A stretch of 64,000 nucleotides of DNA. Source: an uncultured Oscillospiraceae bacterium (lineage in GTDB: Bacteria > Bacillota > Clostridia > Christensenellales > CAG-138). The notes beneath the pieces were generated by a model, which saw only the letters and a program-made list of their open reading frames with translations, was not told where the DNA came from and ran no database searches. The position numbers and the translations under genes were made by a program. Shown piece by piece: positions 29,709 to 39,161 of the stretch (positions are counted from its first letter, which is position 1; every line of letters starts with the position of its first letter). The stretch spans positions 274 to 64,273 of the forward strand of contig CAZBVC010000007.1 in assembly GCA_964495255.1 (NCBI GenBank). Direction: 5' to 3'.

Positions 29709-30884
29709 ATGGATTACGCAAAGGAATCCCTGCGCCTGCATGGGGAATGGAAGGGAAAAATCGAGGTGGTGGCGACGGTGCCCGTGGCGACGAAGGACGA
29801 TTTGTCGCTTGCATATACGCCGGGCGTGGCGCAGCCGTGTCTCGAAATTCAAAAGGATATCGACAAGAGCTATGAGCTGACGCGGCGCTGGAACCTGTGC
29901 GCGGTCGTAACGGACGGCACGGCGGTATTGGGACTTGGCGACATCGGGCCCGAAGCCGGTATGCCCGTGATGGAGGGGAAATGCGTTCTGTTCAAGGCGT
30001 TCGGGGACGTTGACGCGTTTCCGCTCTGCGTGAAAAGCAAGGACGTGGACGAGATCGTGAAAACGATCTATCTCATCAGCGGGAGCTTCGGCGGCGTCAA
30101 CCTCGAGGATATTGCGGCGCCGCGGTGCTTCGAGATCGAGCGGAAGCTGAAAGCGTGCTGCGACATACCGATCTTCCATGACGATCAGCACGGCACGGCG
30201 ATTATCACGCTGGCGGGCTTGACGAACGCCTTGAAGGTGGTCGGCAAAAAGAAAGAGGACGTAAAAATCGTAACAAGCGGCGCGGGCGCGGCGGCGATCT
30301 CGATCGTGAAGCTGCTGCTCTCGGCGGGCTATCAAAACGTAACGATGTGCGACCGCACGGGGATTATTTACAGCGGACGCGAGAAGGGCATGAACTGGAT
30401 CAAGACCGAGATGGCGGAGCTGACGAACAAAGAGGGCAAGCGCGGCACGCTGGCGGACGCGATGGTCGGCGCGGACGTGTTCATCGGCGTATCGGCGCCC
30501 GGCACGGTGACTTCCGAGATGGTCAAGACGATGGCGAAGGACGCGATCATATTTGCATGCGCGAACCCGACGCCCGAGATCTTCCCCGAGGAAGCGAAAA
30601 AGGGCGGCGCGGCGGTGATCGCGACGGGCAGAAGCGACTTCCCGAACCAGGTAAACAACGTGCTGGCGTTCCCGGGCGTGTTCCGCGGAACGTTCGACGT
30701 TCGCGCAAGCGACATCAACGAGGAGATGAAGATGGCGGCGGCGACGGCGCTGGCGGAGCTGATCTCTTACGAGGAGCTGACGGCGGACTATATCATACCG
30801 AAAGCGTTCGACCCGCGCGTTGGCAAGGCGGTCGCCAAGGCGGTTGCGGAAGCCGCGCGCAGAAGCGGCGTCGCGCGCATCTGA
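29709..30884 (+). CDS. NAD(P)-dependent malic enzyme (short form)
   Basis: [20 protein letters not shown]..., [45 protein letters not shown]. Confidence 0.9.
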   Translation: MDYAKESLRLHGEWKGKIEVVATVPVATKDDLSLAYTPGVAQPCLEIQKDIDKSYELTRRWNLCAVVTDGTAVLGLGDIGPEAGMPVMEGKCVLFKAFGDVDAFPLCVKSKDVDEIVKTIYLISGSFGGVNLEDIAAPRCFEIERKLKACCDIPIFHDDQHGTAIITLAGLTNALKVVGKKKEDVKIVTSGAGAAAISIVKLLLSAGYQNVTMCDRTGIIYSGREKGMNWIKTEMAELTNKEGKRGTLADAMVGADVFIGVSAPGTVTSEMVKTMAKDAIIFACANPTPEIFPEEAKKGGAAVIATGRSDFPNQVNNVLAFPGVFRGTFDVRASDINEEMKMAAATALAELISYEELTADYIIPKAFDPRVGKAVAKAVAEAARRSGVARI

Positions 30885-30906
30885 AAACGGAAAGTAAACG
30901 GAGCTG

Positions 30907-31776
30907 ATGCAGATGTTTGAACCCGCCGATATTACGCTTCGATGCGGCGAATGGGAAGCGCACGTTGCGAGCCGATTCGGCATGAACGCGCTTTCTCTCA
31001 TGCATAACGGAAAGCCGATTTTGCGCACGCCCGAAAGCGAGGACGTCTTTCTTGCCGCGCCCGAGCAATACGGCACGCCGCCGCTCATGCCCGCGCTGCG
31101 AACGGCCTTTGCGCGCTTCACGTTCGAGGGCAAAACGTATACGCTTGTCGAGAACGACCCAACGCACCATGCGCATAAGCACGGGCTTTTGCACAGATCT
31201 CCGTTTCGCGTGATCGAGCAAACGGCACAAAAAGCAATCGGCGTATTGGAGAACACGGGCGAAATTTTCCCGTTTCCGTTCGTTTGCACCATTTCCGCGG
31301 AGCTGACGCATGCGGGCTTACGCCAGAGCTTTGCGTTTTTGAATACGGGCGGCGGAAATATGCCGCTCGTGTTCGCACTGCATACGGCGTTCGCGCTTCC
31401 CCAAACCATGCGCGTTCCGATCGGGCAGAAATGGGCGATGGATGAAAACATCGTGCCGACGGGCGAGCTGCTGCCGTTAACAGACGAAGAAAAGGCGCTT
31501 TTCGCCGGCTGCGACGCGCCCTCCTGCATGGCGGACGGTGCGTTTACCGCGCTGGGAAGCACGGCGGAGCTGGGGGACTATGCGTATCGGGTTTCGCCGA
31601 ATTTTACGCAATGGGTGCTATGGAACGGCGGAGGCGGAAAGGGCTTTACCTGCGTCGAACCCATGAGCGGGCCCGCGAACGCGCTGAACCGCGCGGATTG
31701 CCTGACGTTGACCGCGGGCGAGAGCATACGCTTCGACACCGAGATCGGCAAGGTTTCAGCAGACGTTCGCCGATAA
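30907..31776 (+). CDS. Aldose 1-epimerase (galactose mutarotase-like) family protein
   Basis: About 289 aa, beta-sandwich mutarotase-like sequence (HKHGLLH..., CVEPMSGP). The start may instead be the ATG at 30913. Confidence 0.65.
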   Translation: MQMFEPADITLRCGEWEAHVASRFGMNALSLMHNGKPILRTPESEDVFLAAPEQYGTPPLMPALRTAFARFTFEGKTYTLVENDPTHHAHKHGLLHRSPFRVIEQTAQKAIGVLENTGEIFPFPFVCTISAELTHAGLRQSFAFLNTGGGNMPLVFALHTAFALPQTMRVPIGQKWAMDENIVPTGELLPLTDEEKALFAGCDAPSCMADGAFTALGSTAELGDYAYRVSPNFTQWVLWNGGGGKGFTCVEPMSGPANALNRADCLTLTAGESIRFDTEIGKVSADVRR

Positions 31777-31794
31777 AACGGGAGGAATGGACAT

Positions 31795-32961
31795 ATGGAC
31801 GAAATTTTTCGGCAAATTGCGCCGCGCCTTCGGGAGATCGAGGAAACGCTGCATCAAAACCCCGAGCTGAGCTTTCGGGAATATGAAACGACGCGGCTCA
31901 TTCGAAGCGTGATCGAGCCGCTGGGGCTGGAAATCATCGACTTAGGCACGGAAACGGGCGTGGTCGCGCGCCTGCATGGCGGACACGGCGGCAAAACGAT
32001 CGGCTTGCGCGCGGATATTGACGCGCTGAAACAGCAAGAGGCGCGCGAACGCCCCGATCGCTCGCGAAACGACGGCGTGATGCACGCCTGCGGACACGAC
32101 ATTCATACGACGGGGCTTCTCGGCGCGGCAATGGCGCTTTCCGCAAAGCGCGAATCGCTTCATGGCGACGTCGTTTTCGTGTTTCAGCCCGCAGAGGAGA
32201 TCATTAAGGGCGCAAAAAAGCTGATCGAATGCGGCTTGTTCGAAAAAGCGCCGATGGACATGCTGTTCGGGCTGCACAATACGCCTACCTTGAACGTCGG
32301 AACGATCGGGGTTAAGCATGGCCCGCTCATGGCGGCAAAGGACGATTTTACGATTACGGTCTGCGGCAAAGGCGGTCACGGGGGCATTCCCGATCGCTGC
32401 ATCGACCCCGTGGTTGCGGCATGCGGCGTTGTGAACGCGCTGCAAACCGTCGTAAGCCGCAACGTCAGTCCCTTGGATGTGGCGGTGCTGTCGATTTGCT
32501 CGATCCACGGCGGAACGACGGACAACCTCATCGTGGACGAGGTGACGCTGACGGGAAGCCTGCGTACGATGCTGCCCGAGGTGCAGAAAAGGGCGTTTGA
32601 GCGCGTTTGCGAAATTGCGGACGCGGGCGCGCAGACCTACGGCTGCAAAGCAAAGATGAATCATTATGCCGAAACGCCGCCGTTGATCAACGGGGACGAG
32701 ATGGCGCGCCTTGCCGAGATTGCGGCGAAGGCGACCGTCGGGGAGGCGAATGTCGTCGACCCCACCGCATGCATGGCAAGCGATGATTTTGCCGAATACG
32801 GTATATTTGTGCCGTCGTTTTTCTACTTTGCGGGCAGCGGCGTCGAGGGCGAAGAAAACCCGTCCTGGCACAGCGCGCATTTTCGCGGCGCAAAAACCGC
32901 TTCCCTTTACGGCGCAAAGTTGCTGACAAACAGTGTACTTGCGGCGCAGGGGCTGTTATAA
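31795..32961 (+). CDS. M20-family amidohydrolase (N-acyl-amino-acid/hippurate hydrolase-like)
   Basis: LHQNPELSFREYET, RADIDAL, MHACGHD, FQPAEE motifs. Confidence 0.85.
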   Translation: MDEIFRQIAPRLREIEETLHQNPELSFREYETTRLIRSVIEPLGLEIIDLGTETGVVARLHGGHGGKTIGLRADIDALKQQEARERPDRSRNDGVMHACGHDIHTTGLLGAAMALSAKRESLHGDVVFVFQPAEEIIKGAKKLIECGLFEKAPMDMLFGLHNTPTLNVGTIGVKHGPLMAAKDDFTITVCGKGGHGGIPDRCIDPVVAACGVVNALQTVVSRNVSPLDVAVLSICSIHGGTTDNLIVDEVTLTGSLRTMLPEVQKRAFERVCEIADAGAQTYGCKAKMNHYAETPPLINGDEMARLAEIAAKATVGEANVVDPTACMASDDFAEYGIFVPSFFYFAGSGVEGEENPSWHSAHFRGAKTASLYGAKLLTNSVLAAQGLL

Positions 32962-32992
32962 TAGACTGAAATCGATCAAAAGAGGAGTTTAC

Positions 32993-33856
32993 ATGTATCA
33001 AATCGTACAGAAACGGGCGTTGCATGACACGGTAACGCTCATGGAGATCGAAGCGCCGCTGATCGCGCGAAAGGCGCTTCCCGGGCAGTTTATCATCCTG
33101 CGCATCGACGAGCAGGGCGAGCGCATCCCGCTGACCATCGCGGGAACGGACAAGGAAAAGGGGACGGTAACGATCATCTTCCAAAAGGTCGGCTACACGA
33201 CCAAGCGGCTCGACCTCATGAACGAGGGCGATTCGCTTTTGGACTTTGTCGGCCCGCTTGGCAAGGCGAGCGAGATGGAGGATATGCACAGGGTCGCGGT
33301 CATCGGCGGCGGGCTGGGCGTCGCCATCGCGTATCCGCAGGCGAAAGCGCTGCATGAGATGGGCGCGGAGGTGGACGTTATCGTCGGTTTCCGCAGCACC
33401 GAGCTTTATATTTTGACCGACGAGTTGCAGAATTCCTGCACCAACCTGTATATCATGACGGACGACGGCTCCAACGGGCATAAGGGCTTCGTTACGAGCT
33501 CGTTGCAGGAGCGGCTCGAAGCGGGCGTGAAATACGACCACGTGATCGCAATCGGGCCGCTGCCCATGATGCGGGCGGTGTGCGATTTAACAAAGCAATA
33601 TGACATTCCGACGATCGTTTCCATGAACCCGATCATGATCGACGGAACGGGCATGTGCGGCGGTTGCCGCGTGACGGTCGGCGGCGAAATGAAGTTTGCG
33701 TGCGTGGACGGGCCCGATTTCGACGGGCATCAGATCGACTGGGCAGAGGCGATTTCGCGCAGCCGCATCTATAAAAAAGAGGAAGCAGAGAGCATGGAAA
33801 AGCACGCCTGCAACCTGAAAAACATCCCGATGCAGCAAAAACGAGGGGAGGCGTGA
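32993..33856 (+). CDS. nfnA: Ferredoxin-NADP+ reductase-like FAD/[2Fe-2S] subunit (NfnA / sulfide dehydrogenase subunit-like)
   Basis: MYQIVQKRAL..., PGQFIILR, ERIPLTIAG, C-terminal GTGMCGGCRV...CVDGP cluster. Confidence 0.8.
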   Translation: MYQIVQKRALHDTVTLMEIEAPLIARKALPGQFIILRIDEQGERIPLTIAGTDKEKGTVTIIFQKVGYTTKRLDLMNEGDSLLDFVGPLGKASEMEDMHRVAVIGGGLGVAIAYPQAKALHEMGAEVDVIVGFRSTELYILTDELQNSCTNLYIMTDDGSNGHKGFVTSSLQERLEAGVKYDHVIAIGPLPMMRAVCDLTKQYDIPTIVSMNPIMIDGTGMCGGCRVTVGGEMKFACVDGPDFDGHQIDWAEAISRSRIYKKEEAESMEKHACNLKNIPMQQKRGEA

Positions 33857-35262
33857 AGACGATGCCTAATATGCGAATGACCAAACTGCCCGCGCGCGAG
33901 CAAGCGCCCGGCGTTCGAAACAAAAATTTTTCCGAGGTATCCCAAGGCTATGACGCGGCAATGGCGATGGACGAAGCCACGCGCTGCCTCGGCTGCAAAA
34001 CGCAGCCCTGCGTTTCGGGCTGCCCCGTCAACGTACAGATTCCGTCGTTCATCAAGCTCATTGCGGAGGGGAAATTCCTCGAGGCATACGGCGTGATTTG
34101 TTCGACAAACGCCTTGCCCGCCATCTGTGGACGCGTCTGCCCGCAGGAGACGCAATGCGAATCCAAGTGCGTGCGCGGAATCAAGGGCGAACCCGTGGGC
34201 ATCGGCAGGCTGGAACGCTTTGCGGCGGACTATGCCATGTCGGAGGGCGTGAAAGCGCAAGCGGTCGCCAAGGAAAACGGCAAGCGCGTCGCAATCGTCG
34301 GATCCGGCCCTGCGGGGCTGACCTGCGCGGGCGATCTCAAAAAGCGCGGCTATGACGTTACCGTGTTCGAGGCGCTGCATACGGCAGGCGGCGTGCTGGT
34401 TTACGGCATTCCCGAATTCCGTCTGCCGAAGCAGCTTGTGCGCGACGAGATTCAAACGCTGCGCGACATGGGCGTAAAAATCGACGTAGACACGGTGATC
34501 GGGCGCAGTCTTTCGCTGGACGAGTTGCTGAGCGAGGAGGGGTTCGACGCGGTGTTTGTCGGCAGCGGCGCGGGCCTGCCCCGATTCCAGGGCATCAAGG
34601 GCGAGAGCCTCAACGGGGTCTACTCGGCAAACGAGTTTTTGACGCGCATCAACCTCATGCGCGCGTATGATTTCCCCAACGTCGATACGCCCGTGCAGGT
34701 CGGCAAGCGCGTTGCGGTCATCGGCGGCGGCAACGTTGCGATGGACGCCGCAAGATGCGCGCTGCGTCTCGGCGCGGAGCAGGTTTCTATCGTTTATCGC
34801 CGCAGCGAGGCGGAAATGCCCGCCCGCAAGGAGGAGGTGCATCACGCCAAGGAGGAAGGCGTGGTTTTCGAGATGCTGACCAACCCGACCGAGATCATCG
34901 GCGACGAAAACGGACACGTTTCCGCCATGACGGTCGTCACCATGGAGCTTGGCGAACCGGATGCGTCGGGTCGCCGCCGTCCCGTCGTCAAGGCGGGCAG
35001 CGAGCGCAGCATTCCCGTGGATACGGTCGTCGTTGCGATCGGCAACAGCCCGAATCCGCTCATCAAGAATACGACGCCCGGTCTGGAAACGCAGAAGTGG
35101 GGCGGCATTGTCGCCGACGAGGAAACGGGCAAAACCAGCAAGGCGTACGTCTATGCGGGCGGCGACGCGGTTACGGGCGCGGCGACGGTCATACTCGCCA
35201 TGGGCGCGGGGAAAAAGGCGGCGAAGGCGATTGACGAGCTGCTTTGCGGCAAAGCCGAGTAA
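33853..35262 (+). CDS. nfnB: NADPH-dependent glutamate synthase small-chain-like subunit (NfnB)
   Basis: CLGCKTQPCVSGCPV and ICGRVCPQETQCE iron-sulfur motifs. VAIVGSGPAGLTCA and VIGGGNVAMD dinucleotide folds. GTG start overlaps the nfnA stop (GTGA). Confidence 0.85.
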   Translation: MKTMPNMRMTKLPAREQAPGVRNKNFSEVSQGYDAAMAMDEATRCLGCKTQPCVSGCPVNVQIPSFIKLIAEGKFLEAYGVICSTNALPAICGRVCPQETQCESKCVRGIKGEPVGIGRLERFAADYAMSEGVKAQAVAKENGKRVAIVGSGPAGLTCAGDLKKRGYDVTVFEALHTAGGVLVYGIPEFRLPKQLVRDEIQTLRDMGVKIDVDTVIGRSLSLDELLSEEGFDAVFVGSGAGLPRFQGIKGESLNGVYSANEFLTRINLMRAYDFPNVDTPVQVGKRVAVIGGGNVAMDAARCALRLGAEQVSIVYRRSEAEMPARKEEVHHAKEEGVVFEMLTNPTEIIGDENGHVSAMTVVTMELGEPDASGRRRPVVKAGSERSIPVDTVVVAIGNSPNPLIKNTTPGLETQKWGGIVADEETGKTSKAYVYAGGDAVTGAATVILAMGAGKKAAKAIDELLCGKAE

Positions 35263-35282
35263 GCGCACGATTTCTACAAAAA

Positions 35283-35310
35283 ACGGAGCGGCAGATAACC
35301 GCTCCGTTTT
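35283..35310. terminator. Bidirectional terminator hairpin (copy 1 of a duplicated hairpin)
   Basis: AAAAAA-ACGGAGCGG-CAGATAA-CCGCTCCGT-TTTT. Confidence 0.75.
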
Positions 35311-35316
35311 GTCTGT

Positions 35317-35476
35317 CGAAAAACGTTGTTTTTCGGCAGGGTAACCGCTTCCTGCCTAAAACCCTTCGGGTTTTCGGGCGGCAGGAACCACAGGGAAACC
35401 GCCCGTTCGCGGGCGATCCGTTCCGGCGTACATGCCGCCGAAGCCGGAATGGAACCTCCGGGGGTTTCGACCCCCG
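35317..35476. other. Hairpin-dense intergenic element (candidate small RNA or repeat element)
   Basis: Six consecutive stem-loops read directly: 35317-35335, 35336-35355, 35358-35374, 35375-35405, 35421-35449, 35459-35476. Confidence 0.3.
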
Positions 35477-35506
35477 AATCCCCCAAGAACTTTTTTGACA
35501 AGCTGT

Positions 35507-35535
35507 ACGGAGCGGCAGATTACCGCTCCGTTTTT
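35507..35535 (+). terminator. Terminator hairpin (copy 2), plus-strand orientation only
   Basis: ACGGAGCGG-CAGATTA-CCGCTCCGT-TTTTT. Identical to copy 1 except for one loop base. There is no A-tract on the 5' side. Confidence 0.6.
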
Positions 35536-35546
35536 GCTTGGATGTT

Positions 35547-37268
35547 TCAACCGCGCACGATGCGGTAATAGGTCTTTGCGGTGAGACGATATACGCCGAG
35601 ATACAGCAGCGAAAAGATCAAAAGTGATCCGCCGATGCAGGAAAGCACCATGCCCCAATCGTACAGCATGAAGCTTTTCAGCATACGCGCCATGATCTTC
35701 GAGGCGAAGGTCATATGCAGCGCGGTCGCCGCAAGCGGCAGGAAGAATACCCAAAGCACCTGCCGATTGATCGTTTGTTTAACCTGCGAATCATCCATGC
35801 CGACCTGTTGCAGGATGATAAAACGCTCACGATCCTCATACCCCTCGGAGATCTGCTTGAAATACAGAATGAGCACCGCGACGGCAAGGAACAAAAGCGC
35901 GAAAAACACGCCGAGGAACAATAGACCGCCGAACGTGCCGTAGCCCTCTTGCCGCGCCGTGAAAACGTCGGAAACGAGCAGGTTCGGTCGCTCAAAGTCA
36001 AACGAAGCCGCGTATTGGTCGCGGATGGCCTGCACGAACGCGAGACAGTCCTCCTCGGCGCCGCTTGCGTCAAAGCGGAATCCGCGGTCAAAGCAGATCA
36101 GCGTGGGCGTTTCAAAGAACACGCTGTCCTCAAAAACAAAGTTGTTGCGGCGATATTCCTCGCCCGGCGCAAGCTCGCGGATCAATTTGCTTTCCTCCGA
36201 CGAAAGAACGACGCTGTTTTCCGCGGCGAGCTTTTGAAGCGTCCCGTCGAACGCAATCGCGTCCGCCTCGGTCGCTTGATCGGGCAGCCAAACGGCAACG
36301 TCGAAGGGATACATGCCTCGGTTCATCTCCTCGCGCCCGAGATAGAGCGAGAGCGTGCCCGAAACCGTGACGACGAGCATGGTCGAGAGAACGCAGAGCG
36401 TGGCGAGCGCGCGCGAATTCTGCCGCATGCGGTGGAACAGACCCGAGATAGTCACAAAATGCGCGGGCTTGTAATATAGACGCTTGTTGGCTCGCAGCAG
36501 GCGAAGCAGCGCGATGCTGCCGCATTTGAACAGCAGGTAGGTCGCGATGATGACGAGCGTGGCAAGCGGGAAGAACACGCCGAGCGCAACGCCGGGCGTT
36601 TCGATAGTCCAGGCAAAGTAGTATGCGCCGACCAGGAGGACAAGCCCGACGATCGCGACGGGCACGAGCAGCTTGCCGTCCTTCTCGCCGCGCTTCTCGT
36701 CGGAAAGAAGCTGAACGGGATTCGCCGTGCGAACGTGTAAAAGGTTCGTGATCGTCGTGTAGAGGAAGATCAAAAGGAACAGACCGCCCGTGATGACGAA
36801 CGCCCAAGGCGAGAGCGAGAAGCGGCTGTTCGGCACGGCGACGCGAATGATTCGAAGCAGCACGAGGAACACGAGCTGACCGAATACGAGCGCGAATACA
36901 ACCCCGAGCAACACACCAAAGCCGAGAATCAAGAAGTTTTCCCAAACGAGGATGCGCGCGACGTTGCCGCGGCTGAGCCCGAGCACGCCGTATAGGCCAA
37001 ACTCCTTCTTTCTGCGCTTGATGAGGAAGCCGTTGATATACGCCATAAAGCAGAACGTGAACAGCGCAAAGACGACTTGCCCGAAGGCAAAAATCATTCT
37101 TGCGGAATCGCCCGACGGCAGACCGGAAAGCGTCTTCGTCATGGTCAGACCCGAGATCAGGAGGAACACGCCGCTCATCACCGCGGTTGCGATCAGGTGC
37201 GGCAGGGTTGTGATGCGGTTTTTGCGCACGTTCGTCAGCGCGAGACGCAGGAAAAAAAACTTATGCAA
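35547..37268 (-). CDS. FtsX-family ABC transporter permease (BceB-like)
   Basis: 573 aa from the TTG start at 37268, 8 nt after GGAGG; it overlaps the ATPase stop by 8 nt. (M)HKFFFLRLALTNVRKNR N-terminus, two FtsX-type TM bundles. Confidence 0.8.
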   Translation of the reverse strand: MHKFFFLRLALTNVRKNRITTLPHLIATAVMSGVFLLISGLTMTKTLSGLPSGDSARMIFAFGQVVFALFTFCFMAYINGFLIKRRKKEFGLYGVLGLSRGNVARILVWENFLILGFGVLLGVVFALVFGQLVFLVLLRIIRVAVPNSRFSLSPWAFVITGGLFLLIFLYTTITNLLHVRTANPVQLLSDEKRGEKDGKLLVPVAIVGLVLLVGAYYFAWTIETPGVALGVFFPLATLVIIATYLLFKCGSIALLRLLRANKRLYYKPAHFVTISGLFHRMRQNSRALATLCVLSTMLVVTVSGTLSLYLGREEMNRGMYPFDVAVWLPDQATEADAIAFDGTLQKLAAENSVVLSSEESKLIRELAPGEEYRRNNFVFEDSVFFETPTLICFDRGFRFDASGAEEDCLAFVQAIRDQYAASFDFERPNLLVSDVFTARQEGYGTFGGLLFLGVFFALLFLAVAVLILYFKQISEGYEDRERFIILQQVGMDDSQVKQTINRQVLWVFFLPLAATALHMTFASKIMARMLKSFMLYDWGMVLSCIGGSLLIFSLLYLGVYRLTAKTYYRIVRG

Positions 37269-38022
37269 TGTCCGCACCTCCCAGCACGGAGAGCGTGGAA
37301 ACGATGCGCTCGAAGAACGCGCGGTTCGTTTCGTCCCCCCGATAGAGCTGCGAGAAGAGCGCGCCGTCGGATATGAACAAAACGCGCGAGGCATAGCTTG
37401 CCGCCATGGCGCTGTGCGTGACCATCAATATGGTCTTGCCGTCCCGATTCAGCGCGGAGAATGTTCCGAGCAGGCTTGCGGACGCCTTGGAATCCAGCGC
37501 GCCGGTCGGCTCGTCGGCAAGTATGATGCGCGGGCTTGTGATGATCGCGCGGGCGATTGCTGCGCGCTGTTTTTCGCCGCCCGACACCTCGAACGGGAAT
37601 TTGCCCAGCAGGGGAGAAATGCCGAGCTGCTCCGCAATGGGCGATATGCGCGCCTCCATTTCGGGAACGGGCGTTTGCATGAGCACAAGCGGCAGAAGGA
37701 TGTTGTCTTTGAGCGAAAACGTATCCAGAAGGTTGAAATCCTGAAACACAAAGCCGAGGTGTTCGCGGCGGAACACGGACAGCTCGCGATCCCTGATCGC
37801 CGAAAAGCTGCGCCCGTCCAGCAGGACGTCGCCCGAGGTCGGTTTGTCAAGCGAGGCGAGGATGTTCAGAAGCGTGGTCTTGCCGCTGCCGCTCGGGCCC
37901 ATGATGGCGACGAATTCGCCCTCGTTGACGTCAAAGCTCACGTCTTTCAGCGCGACGCATTGCTGCATACCGAGCTTCGTGCGGTAGATCTTGCCCAAAT
38001 GGGAAACTTCCAATAATTCCAT
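37261..38022 (-). CDS. ABC transporter ATP-binding protein (BceA/MacB-like)
   Basis: GPSGSGKTTLLN Walker A, LSGGEKQRAAIARA signature, ILADEPTGALD Walker B. Confidence 0.9.
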   Translation of the reverse strand: MELLEVSHLGKIYRTKLGMQQCVALKDVSFDVNEGEFVAIMGPSGSGKTTLLNILASLDKPTSGDVLLDGRSFSAIRDRELSVFRREHLGFVFQDFNLLDTFSLKDNILLPLVLMQTPVPEMEARISPIAEQLGISPLLGKFPFEVSGGEKQRAAIARAIITSPRIILADEPTGALDSKASASLLGTFSALNRDGKTILMVTHSAMAASYASRVLFISDGALFSQLYRGDETNRAFFERIVSTLSVLGGADIA

Positions 38023-38159
38023 AACAGAAACCTCCGTCGTTCGTTTTGAACAAGGCTATTGTACGCCGACGGGCAAATCGGAAACAATCGCGTACGCGAA
38101 CAAAAGCGGCGCGGCGCCTTACAGTTTTGTCACCTTTCGGGGTCGATTGGTTGGAGAGA

Positions 38160-39161
38160 TCAGGAGCGCAGGGCGATTTCGTCCGTTTGGGGGAAGAAAA
38201 GCGTGATGCGCGTGCCGCTTCCGGGCGCGGAAACCACGTCAAGACGGATGGAAAGCGCGGTTGCCGCTCGCTTGACGAGATACAGCCCGACGCCGCTCGC
38301 GCGCGTGTCGAGCCGCCCGTTATAGCCCGTAAAGCCCTTCTCGAAGATGCGCGGCAGATCCTCCTTGCGGATGCCGATGCCCGTATCCTCGACGACGAGC
38401 GCGTTTTGCTCCGAATAGATCGAAACGCCGCCCGTTTTCGTATATTTTACCGCGTTGGAGAGGAGCTGACAAAGGATGAACGCGAGCCATTTTTCGTCCG
38501 TCGGCACGTTGAGATTCCCGACGTTGACGCGAACATACAGCTTGCCGTAAACGAATGGGAGCGCGTATTTGCGCACCGCCGCGCGCACGATCCGCTCCAC
38601 GTCGCATGTCTCAATCCGCAGGTCGGCAGAAATATCGCCGAGCTTGACATAGCTTAGCGCAAGGTCGGTATACTGCTCAACGGAAAACATCTCGCGTTTG
38701 AGCGGGACGGCAAGCGCGTCGTCCGCGTCGGAGAGCAAGAGGCGCATCGCCGCGATGGGGGTCTTGATTTGATGCACCCAAAGCGTGTAGTATTCGAGAC
38801 TTTCGGCAAAAGCACGGTCGTTTCTGTCGCATAAATCGGTCAGAGCGGCGGAAAGCGCGCGAACCAGCGCGTCGTAATCCGCGCAGAGCGCGTCGAGCGG
38901 CTCGGGCAGTCCGCTCGGCAAAAGCTCGACGCGTTCGTGAAGCGCGCGAAGCATGCGGCGTTTCCTTCGGTAACGAAGCGCGTCGTAAACGAACGAAACA
39001 AGCAACGAAAACGCAATCAGCACGGCGGTATAGCGCACATACAACGCGTTCTCGCCCGAAAGAAACCCGATGAGAAGCGGCATGAGAACGGCGAACGCGC
39101 CGCCGATCAAAAAAGCGGTGCGCGCGCGCAGATAGGCAAAAACGTCACGCATGGAAGGCAT
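38160..39161 (-). CDS. Intramembrane-sensing histidine kinase (BceS-like)
   Basis: Two N-terminal TM helices with almost no external loop. H-box WVHQIKTPIAA. N and G boxes (LLSNAVKYT, DTGIGI). Confidence 0.85.
   Translation of the reverse strand: MPSMRDVFAYLRARTAFLIGGAFAVLMPLLIGFLSGENALYVRYTAVLIAFSLLVSFVYDALRYRRKRRMLRALHERVELLPSGLPEPLDALCADYDALVRALSAALTDLCDRNDRAFAESLEYYTLWVHQIKTPIAAMRLLLSDADDALAVPLKREMFSVEQYTDLALSYVKLGDISADLRIETCDVERIVRAAVRKYALPFVYGKLYVRVNVGNLNVPTDEKWLAFILCQLLSNAVKYTKTGGVSIYSEQNALVVEDTGIGIRKEDLPRIFEKGFTGYNGRLDTRASGVGLYLVKRAATALSIRLDVVSAPGSGTRITLFFPQTDEIALRS

Noticed and set aside
35456-35484. GGGGGUUUCGAC-like string reminiscent of the tmRNA 5' end.
   Set aside because: The surrounding element is only about 200 nt and has no tag-peptide reading frame, no T-arm and no CCA-proximal acceptor pairing. 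The resemblance is limited to a few bases within a simple hairpin.
35274-35568. Small ORFs (75-132 aa, both strands) inside the hairpin-rich intergenic region.
   Set aside because: They have no RBS, run straight through consecutive perfect stem-loops and the terminator copies, and their amino-acid composition is an artefact of GC-rich palindromes.
37269-37394. Longer form of the FtsX permease ORF (615 aa, start at 37394).
   Set aside because: It would overlap the last ~130 nt of the ATPase gene. The TTG at 37268 has a GGAGG 8 nt upstream and gives the usual short overlap of translationally coupled ABC genes.
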